Of a stretch of 64,000 bases of DNA, positions 36,401-48,400 are shown one piece after another; positions within the stretch are counted from its first letter, which is position 1, and the number at the start of each line of letters is the position of its first letter. The stretch lies in assembly GCA_965221695.1 (NCBI GenBank), contig OZ244905.1:1056001-1120000 (forward strand), given 5' to 3'. A model generated the notes under the pieces. That model ran no database searches, was not told where the DNA came from, and saw only the letters and a program-made list of their open reading frames with translations. The position numbers and the translations under genes were made by a program. Origin of the DNA: Gammaproteobacteria bacterium (GTDB lineage: Bacteria; Pseudomonadota; Gammaproteobacteria; Eutrophobiales; Eutrophobiaceae).

Positions 36401-39400
36401 CGGCGCCAGCGTGTACGTCAGCGTGCCGTCGCCGCCGCTCGCCTGCGGCAGGTCAAGCCGGGTAATCGCCGAGTTCTGCATGTAGGTCTGGTTGGCAATG
36501 GTGGCGCTGCCGAAGCTCGGCGCATTGTCCGCAGTAATCGTGATGGTGAACGTCAGCTCGGCCGGGTCGCCATCGCTGTCGGTCGCCCTGTACGTGTAGG
36601 TGGTGGCGGCCTGCGTCCCCGTCGGCGTGCCGGTCAAGGTGCGGGCGCTGGCGTCAAACGTCAGACCGTCCGGCGCATCCGGCGCCAGCGTGTACGTCAG
36701 CGTGCCGTCGCCGCCGCTCGCCTGCGGCAGGTCAAGCCGGGTAATCGCCGAGTTCTGCATGTAGGTCTGGTTGGCAATGGTGGCGCTGCCGAAGCTCGGC
36801 AGCTTATTCGATGTGACCGCGACCGTGGCCGTGAGGCCGGCGTAGTTGCCGGCGGCGGCGGTTAAGGTGAGGGTAGCATTGCCGTTAGATGATGGGCTGG
36901 CCGCCATATTCACCGTGACCGTCTGTGCGGTGTTGTAGTTCGTGGCGCTGAACGTCAGCGGCGTCGGGTTGACCGTGACATCGGTGTTGTTGCTGGTCAC
37001 GGTGACGGTGACCGCGGTGGTCGGGGCCGCGGCCAGGGTCACGTCAAAGGTGTTGCTACCGCCCTCGTCCACCTCCAGAGTGTCCGGTGTGACTTGAATG
37101 GCCGGGTCCGGTCTGGGTGTGGCGGCGACCGTCGCCGCCGTACTGCTGCCGGCGGTGTTGGTGGCGCGCACCGCAAACGTGTAGCCGGTGCCGTTGGTCA
37201 GGCCTGTCGCCGTATAGGTGGTGGCGGTGGGGGCCAGGTCCGTCCAGGTGTCGGTACCGCTAAACGGTAGGTCGGCGGTGGCCTTATAGCGGACTTGTAT
37301 GTTGGTCAGCGTGCTGGCGTTGGTCGGGTTGGTCCAGGTCAGGGTGGCCTGGGTGTCGCCCGCTGTGGCAGTCAGGTTCGTCGGCGCGTTGGGGACGGCC
37401 AAAGCCGGCGTGGCGGTGGCGGTGTTGGAGGCATCGCTGTTGCCGCCATTATTCACCGCGCGAATCTCGAACGCGTATTGGGTGGTGTTGGTCAGGCCCG
37501 TGACCTTATGGCTCGTGGTCGTGGCGCCGCTGCCGGTAATGTCCTCCCAGGTGGCGGTGGCGGGCACGGTGGACCCGGCGCCGTAGCGCACCTGGTACTT
37601 GGTGATGCTGGAATCGTTCGGGTTGGCCCAACTCAGGGTGGCTTCGGTGTCACCGGCGGTGGCAGACAGGTTAGTCGGCGCGGCGGGCACCGGCGGCGGT
37701 GTTGCCTTGAAAATAATCTTCTGATTGCCAATGGCGTGCTCAATGTGGAAGTCGTTGTCGCCCACGGTGTTGAGCACGGTGCCAGTGAACGTCACTTCGT
37801 CACCTGTCGGGTCGTAGATGTCCCCGGTGAGATTGGCTTTGTCTACGAACAGTAACTTTCTGTAAGTGTTGAACCGGAGACTGAATTCGTAGTTGTAGTT
37901 GCTCAGGTTGATAATTTCTTGGTTACCCGAGTACGAATTCAAACCAGTAGTTACGATATTTGGGAGCGAGTTATAACGGCTTATCGGTGTGGTATTGTCA
38001 GATGGCGTTGCAAAAATCTGCCATTTCTCAAATTCCTGATTAAATAGGACATATCCCACAGACGTCACTAGCGTCGGCACCGTATCTCCCGCAGGACTGA
38101 AACCCGAAACATCCAAACTACCCGAGGCGGCAATAGTCACAGTGCTGCCATCATCGGAGAACGTGAACGTCAGCGTGCGTGCCGGAGTCGGGGGCTGCAT
38201 CACCGTGATGTCGAACTTCAGCTCGGCCGTATCCCCGTCCGCATCGGTGGCGGTGTAGGTGTATTCGGTGGCCGCCTGCGGCGCGGTCGGCGTGCCGGTT
38301 AAGGTGCGGGCGGTCGCATTGAAGGTCAGACCCGCCGGCGGGGTCGGTGTTAACGTGTACGCCAGTGTGCCGTCACCGCCGGTCGCTTGCGGCAGGTTCA
38401 GCGTGGTAATCGCCGTACCCTGCGGGTAGGTCTGGTCGGCAATGGTCTGCGTGCCGAAGCTCGGCAGCGCATTCGCGGTGACCGCGACCGTGGCCGTGAG
38501 GCCGGCGTAGTTGCCGCCGGTAGCGGCTAAGGTGAGGGTGGCGTTGCCGTTAGGTAACGGATTGGCCGCCATGGTCACCGTGACCGTCTGTGCGGTGTTG
38601 TAGTTGGTGGCGCTGAACGTCAGCGACGTCGGGTTGACCGTCACATTGGTGTTGTTGCTGGCCACGGTGATGGCGACCGCGGCGGTCGGGGCCGCGACCA
38701 GGGTCACATCAAAGGTGTTGCTGCCGCCCTCATCGACCACCAGGGTGTCCGGTGCGACGGTAATGGCCGGGTCCGGCCTGGGGGTGGCGGTGACCGTGTC
38801 CGAGTCCGGGCCGTTGGCGGTACCGACCACGGCGCGTATCTGGAACGCATAGGTCGTGCCGTTGGTCAGGTTGTCAACAGTGTGGGTCGTGGTCGCGGCC
38901 GTGCTGTTGGCAATGTCGTTCCAGGCGGTGGTGGCCGGTATGGTGGCGCCCTGGGCCTGGCGCACCTGGTACTTGGTGATGGTACTGTCATTCGGGTTGG
39001 TCCAGGTCAGCGTGACCTCGGTGTCGCCGGGCGCCGCGGTCAGGTTGGCCGGTTTGGCCGGGGCCTCGTCCACATTGGTAATGGTGATGGCCACGTTCAC
39101 CGTGTCGCTGTTGCCGTCATCGTCCGTCGCCGTTAACGTGTACACATAAATGTTATTGGTGTCGTTGTCCGTCGGGACCTCAAAGTCCTTGGCGCCCAGG
39201 GTTACGGTGGCGCCGGTGTTGCTCTGGTTCGACAGGGTAAAGCCGTTGGCGTTGGCGTCGTCGCCGGTCAACGCCCAGGTGATGTTGCCCACCGGCGTGC
39301 CGGTCAAGGTCGCATTGCCGGTGTAGGCCGTATTCTCGGCCAAGTTGGCATCGGCCACACCGCCGAGGGTTAGCGTGGGCGTAATACGGATGTCGAACGT

Positions 39401-42400
39401 CAGCGTGGCCGTATCCCCGTCCGCATCGGTGGCGGTGTAGGTGTATTCGGTGGCCGCCTGCGGCGCGGTCGGCGTGCCGGTTAAGGTGCGGGCGGTCGCA
39501 TTGAAGGTCAGACCCGCCGGCGGGGTCGGCGTTAATGTGTACGCCAGTGTGCCGTCACCGCCGGTCGCTTGCGGCAGGTTCAGCGTGGTAATCGCCGTAC
39601 CCTGCGGGTAGGTCTGGTCGGCAATGGTGGCGCTGCCGAAGCTCGGCAGCGCATTCGCGGTGACCGCGACCGTGGCCGTGAGGCCGGCGTAGTTGCCGCC
39701 GGTAGCGGCTAAGGTGAGGGTGGCGGTGCCGTTAGGTGACGGGTTGGCCGCCATGGTCACCGTGACCGTCTGTGCGGTGTTGTAGTTGGTGGCGCTGAAC
39801 GTCAGCGACGTCGGGTTGACCGTCACATTGGTGTTGTTGCTGGCCACGGTGATGGCGACCGCGGCGGTCGGGGCCGCGACCAGGGTCACATCAAAGGTGT
39901 TGCTGCCGCCCTCATCGACCACCAGGGTGTCCGGTGCGACGGTAATGGCCGGGTCCGGTCTGGGGGTGGCGGTGACCGTGTCCGAGTCCGGGCCGTTGGC
40001 GGTACCGACCACGGCGCGTATCTGGAACGCATAGGTGGTGCCGTTGGTCAGGTTGTCAACAGTGTGGGTCGTGGTCGCGGCCGTGCTGTTGGCAATGTCG
40101 GCCCAGGCGGTGGTGGCCGGTATGGTGGCGCCCTGGGCCTGGCGCACCTGGTACTTGGTGATGGTACTGTCATTCGGGTTGGTCCAGGTCAGCGTGACCT
40201 CGGTGTCGCCGGGCGCCGCGGTCAGGTTGGCCGGTTTGGCCGGGGCCTCGTCCACATTGGTAATGGTGATGGCCACGTTCACCGTGTCGCTGTTGCCGTC
40301 ATCGTCCGTCGCCGTTAACGTGTACACATAAATGTTATTGGTGTCGTTGTCCGTCGGGACCTCAAAGTCCTTGGCCCCCAGGGTTACGGTGGCGCCGGTG
40401 TTGCTCTGGTTCGACAGGGTAAAGCCGCTCGCATTGGCGTCGTCGCCGGTCAACGCCCAGGTGATGTTGCCCACCGGCGTGCCGGTCAAGGTCGCATTGC
40501 CGGTGTAGGCCGTATTCTCGGCTTGGTTGGCATCGGCCACACCGCCGAGGGTTAGCGTGGGCGTAATACGGATGTCGAACGTCAGCGTGGCCGTATCCCC
40601 GTCCGCATCGGTGGCGGTGTAGGTGTATTCGGTGGCCGCCTGCGGCGCGGTCGGCGTGCCGGTTAAGGTGCGGGCGGTCGCATTGAAGGTCAGACCCGCC
40701 GGCGGGGTCGGCGTTAATGTGTACGCCAGTGTGCCGTCACCGCCGGTCGCTTGCGGCAGGTTCAGCGTGGTAATCGCCGTACCCTGCGGGTAGGTCTGGT
40801 CGGCAATGGTGGCGCTGCCGAAGCTCGGCAGCGCATTCGCGGTGACCGCGACCGTGGCCGTGAGGCCGGCGTAGTTGCCGCCGGTAGCGGCTAAGGTGAG
40901 GGTGGCGGTGCCGTTAGGTAACGGATTGGCCGCCATGGTCACCGTGACCGTCTGTGCGGTGTTGTAGTTGGTGGCGCTGAACGTCAGCGACGTCGGGTTG
41001 ACCGTCACATTGGTGTTGTTGCTGGCCACGGTGATGGCGACCGCGGCGGTCGGGGCCGCGACCAGGGTCACATCAAAGGTGTTGCTGCCGCCCTCATCGA
41101 CCACCAGGGTGTCCGGTGCGACGGTAATGGCCGGGTCCGGCCTGGGGGTGGCGGTGACCGTGTCCGAGTCCGGGCCGTTGGCGGTACCGACCACGGCGCG
41201 TATCTGGAACGCATAGGTCGTGCCGTTGGTCAGGTTGTCAACAGTGTGGGTCGTGGTCGCGGCCGTGCTGTTGGCAATGTCGTTCCAGGCGGTGGTGGCC
41301 GGTATGGTGGCGCCCTGGGCCTGGCGCACCTGGTACTTGGTGATGGTACTGTCATTCGGGTTGGTCCAGGTCAGCGTGACCTCGGTGTCGCCGGGCGCCG
41401 CGGTCAGGTTGGCCGGTTTGGCCGGGGCCTCGTCCACATTGGTAATGGTGATGGCCACGTTCACCGTGTCGCTGTTGCCGTCATCGTCCGTCGCCGTTAA
41501 CGTGTACACATAAATGTTATTGGTGTCGTTGTCCGTCGGGACCTCAAAGTCCTTGGCGCCCAGGGTTACGGTGGCGCCGGTGTTGCTCTGGTTCGACAGG
41601 GTAAAGCCGCTCGCATTGGCGTCGTCGCCGGTCAACGCCCAGGTGATGTTGCCCACCGGCGTGCCGGTCAAGGTCGCATTGCCGGTGTAGGCCGTATTCT
41701 CGGCTTGGTTGGCATCGGCCACACCGCCGAGGGTTAGCGTGGGCGTAATACGGATGTCGAACGTCAGCGTGGCCGTATCCCCGTCCGCATCGGTGGCGGT
41801 GTAGGTGTATTCGGTGGCCGCCTGCGGCGCGGTCGGCGTGCCGGTTAAGGTGCGGGCGGTCGCATTGAAGGTCAGACCCGCCGGCGGGGTCGGCGTTAAT
41901 GTGTACGCCAGTGTGCCGTCACCGCCGGTCGCTTGCGGCAGGTTCAGCGTGGTAATCGCCGTACCCTGCGGGTAGGTCTGGTCGGCAATGGTCTGGGCGC
42001 CGAAGCTCGGCAGCGCATTCGCGGTGACCGCGACCGTGGCCGTGAGGCCGGCGTAGTTGCCGCCGGTAGCGGCTAAGGTGAGGGTGGCGTTGCCGTTAGG
42101 TAACGGATTGGCCGCCATGGTCACCGTGACCGTCTGTGCGGTGTTGTAGTTGGTGGCGCTGAACGTCAGCGACGTCGGGTTGACCGTCACATTGGTGTTG
42201 TTGCTGGCCACGGTGATGGCGACCGCGGCGGTCGGGGCCGCGACCAGGGTCACATCAAAGGTGTTGCTGCCGCCCTCATCGACCACCAGGGTGTCCGGTG
42301 CGACGGTAATGGCCGGGTCCGGCCTGGGGGTGGCGGTGACCGTGTCCGAGTCCGGGCCGTTGGCGGTACCGACCACGGCGCGTATCTGGAACGCATAGGT

Positions 42401-45400
42401 CGTGCCGTTGGTCAGGTTGTCAACAGTGTGGGTCGTGGTCGCGGCCGTGCTGTTGGCAATGTCGTTCCAGGCGGTGGTGGCCGGTATGGTGGCGCCCTGG
42501 GCCTGGCGCACCTGGTACTTGGTGATGGTACTGTCATTCGGGTTGGTCCAGGTCAGCGTGACCTCGGTGTCGCCGGGCGCCGCGGTCAGGTTGGCCGGTT
42601 TGGCCGGGGCCTCGTCCACATTGGTAATGGTGATGGCCACGTTCACCGTGTCGCTGTTGCCGTCATCGTCCGTCGCCGTTAACGTGTACACATAAATGTT
42701 ATTGGTGTCGTTGTCCGTCGGGACCTCAAAGTCCTTGGCGCCCAGGGTTACGGTGGCGCCGGTGTTGCTCTGGTTCGACAGGGTAAAGCCGCTCGCATTG
42801 GCGTCGTCGCCGGTCAACGCCCAGGTGATGTTGCCCACCGGCGTGCCGGTCAAGGTCGCATTGCCGGTGTAGGCCGTATTCTCGGCTTGGTTGGCATCGG
42901 CCACACCGCCGAGGGTTAGCGTGGGCGTAATACGGATGTCGAACGTCAGCGTGGCCGTATCCCCGTCCGCATCGGTGGCGGTGTAGGTGTATTCGGTGGC
43001 CGCCTGCGGCGCGGTCGGCGTGCCGGTTAAGGTGCGGGCGGTCGCATTGAAGGTCAGACCCGCCGGCGGGGTCGGCGTTAATGTGTACGCCAGTGTGCCG
43101 TCACCGCCGGTCGCTTGCGGCAGGTTCAGCGTGGTAATCGCCGTACCCTGCGGGTAGGTCTGGTCGGCAATGGTCTGCGTGCCGAAGCTCGGCAGCGCAT
43201 TCGCGGTGACCGCGACCGTGGCCGTGAGGCCGGCGTAGTTGCCGCCGGTAGCGGCTAAGGTGAGGGTGGCGTTGCCGTTAGGTAACGGATTGGCCGCCAT
43301 GGTCACCGTGACCGTCTGTGCGGTGTTGTAGTTGGTGGCGCTGAACGTCAGCGACGTCGGGTTGACCGTCACATTGGTGTTGTTGCTGGCCACGGTGATG
43401 GCGACCGCGGCGGTCGGGGCCGCGACCAGGGTCACATCAAAGGTGTTGCTGCCGCCCTCATCGACCACCAGGGTGTCCGGTGCGACGGTAATGGCCGGGT
43501 CCGGCCTGGGGGTGGCGGTGACCGTGTCCGAGTCCGGGCCGTTGGCGGTACCGACCACGGCGCGTATCTGGAACGCATAGGTCGTGCCGTTGGTCAGGTT
43601 GTCAACAGTGTGGGTCGTGGTCGCGGCCGTGCTGTTGGCAATGTCGTTCCAGGCGGTGGTGGCCGGTATGGTGGCGCCCTGGGCCTGGCGCACCTGGTAC
43701 TTGGTGATGGTACTGTCATTCGGGTTGGTCCAGGTCAGCGTGACCTCGGTGTCGCCGGGCGCCGCGGTCAGGTTGGCCGGTTTGGCCGGGGCCTCGTCCA
43801 CATTGGTAATGGTGATGGCCACGTTCACCGTGTCGCTGTTGCCGTCATCGTCCGTCGCCGTTAACGTGTACACATAAATGTTATTGGTGTCGTTGTCCGT
43901 CGGGACCTCAAAGTCCTTGGCCCCCAGGGTTACGGTGGCGCCGGTGTTGCTCTGGTTCGACAGGGTAAAGCCGCTGGCGTTGGCGTCGTCGCCGGTCAAC
44001 GCCCAGGTGATGTTGCCCACCGGCGTGCCGGTCAAGGTCGCATTGCCGGTGTAGGCCGTATTCTCGGCTTGGTTGGCATCGGCCACACCGCCGAGGGTTA
44101 GCGTGGGCGTAATACGGATGTCGAACGTCAGCGTGGCCGTATCCCCGTCCGCATCGGTGGCGGTGTAGGTGTATTCGGTGGCCGCCTGCGGCGCGGTCGG
44201 CGTGCCGGTTAAGGTGCGGGCGGTCGCATTGAAGGTCAGACCCGCCGGCGGGGTCGGTGTTAACGTGTACGCCAGTGTGCCGTCACCGCCGGTCGCTTGC
44301 GGCAGGTTCAGCGTGGTAATCGCCGTACCCTGCGGGTAGGTCTGGTCGGCAATGGTCTGGGCGCCGAAGCTCGGCAGCGCATTCGCGGTGACCGCGACCG
44401 TGGCCGTGAGGCCGGCGTAGTTGCCGCCGGTAGCGGCTAAGGTGAGGGTGGCGTTGCCGTTAGGTAACGGATTGGCCGCCATGGTCACCGTGACCGTCTG
44501 TGCGGTGTTGTAGTTGGTGGCGCTGAACGTCAGCGACGTCGGGTTGACCGTCACATTGGTGTTGTTGCTGGCCACGGTGATGGCGACCGCGGCGGTCGGG
44601 GCCGCGACCAGGGTCACATCAAAGGTGTTGCTGCCGCCCTCATCGACCACCAGGGTGTCCGGTGCGACGGTAATGGCCGGGTCCGGCCTGGGGGTGGCCG
44701 TCACCGTGGCCGACGCATCACTGTTGCCGGTCGCATTGACTGCGCGAATCTCGAATGCGTATTGGGTGCCGTTGGTCAGGTTGTCAACGGTGTGGGTCGT
44801 GGTCGTGGCGCCGCTGCCGGTGATGTCCTCCCAGGTGGCGGTGGCGGGCACGGTTGGCCCGGCGCCGTAGCGCACCTGGTACTTGGTGATGGCGTTATTG
44901 CTCGGGTCGGTCCAGTTCAGCGTGACCTGCGTGTCGCCGGCTGTTGCGGTCAGACCCGTGGGCGCAGCCGGCGGCGCATCGTCGTCGGTCAGCGTCAAGG
45001 TCAGTGAGGCCGGTCCGGTGACCCCCCGGGGGTTGGCCGCGGTCGCCGAGACCGTCAGGTCCTTGTCTGCGGTGTCTTCGGTGTTGTCCACACCGGTCAC
45101 CGTGACCGTGCCGGTACTCGTGGTGTCGCCCTGGGCAATCATCAGCGTCGGGGGGCTGCTCAGCGTGAAGTCGCCCGGCACGGCCGTCGAGCCGGTTGCC
45201 GGGGCCACCGCCACCGTCAGCGTGGTCGCGCCGGTCGACGGATAGTCAAGGCTTGCCGTCACCGTGGCCTGGCCACCGTTCTCGGAAATGGCCGTGGCCG
45301 AGAGCGCCAGTGTGACCGTCGGCTGCGTCGGGGTCGCAGTGACCGTGGCGGCGGCGCCGTCGCCGCTGGCGTTCACTGCGCGCAGCTCAAATGCGTATTG

Positions 45401-48400
45401 GGTGCCGTTGGTCAGGTTGTCAACAGTGTGGCTGATGGTCGTGGCCGTGCTGCCGGCGATGTCGGTCCAGGCCGTATTGGCCGGCACTGAGGTACCTGCG
45501 GCATGGCGTACCTGGTATTTGCTGATGCTGGTGTTGCTCGGATCAGTCCAGGTCAACAGCGCCGCCCGGTCGCGGGCCGCGGCGGTCAGGCCCGTGGGCG
45601 CAGCCGGCTTGGCCAGCGGGGTGGCCGTCACCGTGTCTGAGGTGGCGCCGTCGCCCTGGGCGCTTACCGCGCGTACCTGGAACGCATAGGTCGTGCCGTT
45701 GGTCAGGTTGTCAACAGTGTGGCTCGTGGTCGCGGCGCCGCTGCCGGTGATGTCGTTCCAGGTCGCGGTCGTCGGATCGGCGGTGCCCTGCGCATAGCGC
45801 ACCTGGTACTTGGTGATGCTGGAGTCAGACGGGTTGCCCCAACTCAGCGCCACCTCGCCGTCGCCCGGCGTTGCCTGGAGGTTTGCCGGCTGGGCGGGCG
45901 CAAGGTTGCCGGTGACGGTGACGGTGAAGGTCTCGGTCACAGCGGCGGCAAGGGAAGAATCGGCGGTGACAGTCACCGTCGTCACGCCGGTCCCCACCGC
46001 GGTCACACGCACATTGAACGTTGCGAAGACGGGGCCGCGAACGCCATTCACCCGGTTGATAATCTCCGCCGTGGCCACCGACGGGTTGGCGCTGGTCGCC
46101 GTGAGACTCAATCCGGAGAACGAGCTGGCGGTGGCCGCACTGGCGACTGCCGGCAACGGCGGGTTGATGTACTCCGTGCTGCCGCCATTGACAGAGATTG
46201 TGACGTCATTGAACGAAGACATATGCCCCGACCCGTTCGCATCAATGACGGTGATGTTGAAGTTGTCTTCCGCCCACTCGCCGCTCGGGTCTGTCGCCCT
46301 GAGCGTAATCTCCACGGTGCCCACCGATACCGCCTGGGCTTCCACACTGGCTACCCCGTCGGGCACCACGTTGTTCGTCGTGGCGGTCGCCACGCTCGTG
46401 TCGGCGCTCGTGGCTGTGTACGTCAGCGCATCACCGTCGGCATCGGAGAATATCTCCTCGCCCGCATCTTCCAAGCGCCGGGCAAACACATCATCGCCAA
46501 ATGGACTGTTCAGCCACGCGCCGCTATCCGGTATCGGCCGTACCACCACGGGCGCCCGGTTGCCCTGCGCCACGGTGATGTTGAACGTCAGACTCGCCGC
46601 ATCGCCCTGGGCGTCGGTCGCCGTCCAGGTATAAAGGGTTTGTGCCAGGGCAACCGTGGGCGTGCCGCTGACGGTGCGCGTGGTCGTGTCGAGGCTCACG
46701 CCAGTGGGCAGCGCCGGGGTGAGCGCATAGCTCAGCGTGCCGTTGCCGCCGGTCGCTTGCGGCAGCGTGACGCTGGTAATCGCGACCAACCGGGTCCAGG
46801 ACTGGTCGGCAATGGTGGCCGCGCCGAAGGTGGGGGCGTTCACGGTCGGGGTGGCCGCCACAGTGGCCGCCGTGCCGTCACCGGCGGTGTTGGTGGCGCG
46901 CACCGCAAACGTGTAATCGGTGCCGTTGGTCAGGCTTGTCGCCGTGTAGGTGGTGGCGGTGGCGGCCAGGTTGGTCCAGGTATCGGTATTGACAAACGGC
47001 AGGTCGGCGGTGGCCTTGTAGCGGACTTGCAGGTTGTCAAGCGTGCTGGCGTTGGTCGGGTTGGTCCAGTTCAGGATAACCTGCGTGTCACCGGCGGTGG
47101 CCGTCAGGTTCGTCGGTGCGTCGGGGACGGCCAGGGTCGGGGTGGCCGTGACCGTGTCCGAGTCCGGGCCGTTGACGGCGCCGACCACTGCGCGTATCTG
47201 GAACGCATAGGTCGTGCCGTTGGTCAGGTTGTCAACAGTGTGGGTCGTGGTCGTCGCGCCGCTGTTGGCAATGTCCGTCCAGGTCGCAGTCGTCGGGTCG
47301 GCGGTGCCCTGGGCATAGCGAACCTGGTACTTGGTAATGGTACTGTCGTTCGGGTTGGTCCAGTTCAGCATGACCTCGGTGTCACCGGCCGCGGCAGTCA
47401 GGTTGGTCGGCTTGGCCGGGGCCTCGTCCACATCGGTGACCGTCACCGTGTAGACGGCTGAGGTCACCGTGTTGGTGTTCGCATCCGTCGCCGTTAACGT
47501 GTACTCGTAAGTGTTGCCGGTGTCACTGTCGGTCGGGGTCTCAAAGTCCCGCGCCGCTAAGCTCACCCGCGCCCCGGTCTGACTCTGGTCCGCCGCCGGC
47601 AGCGTAAACGCGCCCGCATCCGCCCCGCCCAGCGTCCAGGTGACCGCGCCCAGGGCGCCGGTCAAGGACGCATCCACCGTGTAAGCCTGGTTCTCGCTCA
47701 CGCTGGCATCGGCCAGGCCCGTCAGCGTCAGCGTGGCGGGCTCATCGATATTGGTAATGGTGATGGCCACGTTCACGGTGGCAATGTTGCTGTCATCGTC
47801 CGTCGCCGTTAACGTGTACACATAAATGTTATTGGTGTCGTTGTCCGTCGGGACCTCAAAGTCCTTGGCCCCCAGGGTTACGGTGGCGCCGGTGTTGCTC
47901 TGGTTCGACAGCGTAAACCCGTTCGCATTGGCGTCGTCACCGGTCAACGCCCAGGTGATGTTGCCCACCGGCGTGCCGCTTAAAGTTGCCGTGCCGGTGT
48001 AGGCCGTATTCTCGGCTAAGTTGGCATCGGCCACACCGCCGAGGGTTAGCGTGGGCGTAATACGGATGTCGAACGTCAGCGTGGCCGTATCCCCGTCCGC
48101 ATCGGTGGCGGTGTAGGTGTACTCGGTGGCCGCCTGCGGCGCGGTCGGGGTGCCGGTTAAGGTGCGGGCGGTCGCATCAAACGTCAGACCCGCCGGCAGG
48201 GTCGGCGTTAAGGTGTACGCCAGTGTGCCGTCACCGCCGGTCGCTTGCGGCAGGTTCAGCGTGGTAATCGCCGTACCCTGCGGGTAGGTCTGGTCGGCAA
48301 TGGTCTGCGTGCCGAAGTCCGGCTGGCTGTCTGCGGTAATCGTGATGTCGAACTTCAGCTCGGCCTCATCGCCATCGTTGTCGACCACCTTGTACGTGTA

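Noticed and set aside
30708-36800. CRISPR-like array
   Set aside because: Contiguous 279-bp coding repeats with no spacers and no cas genes.
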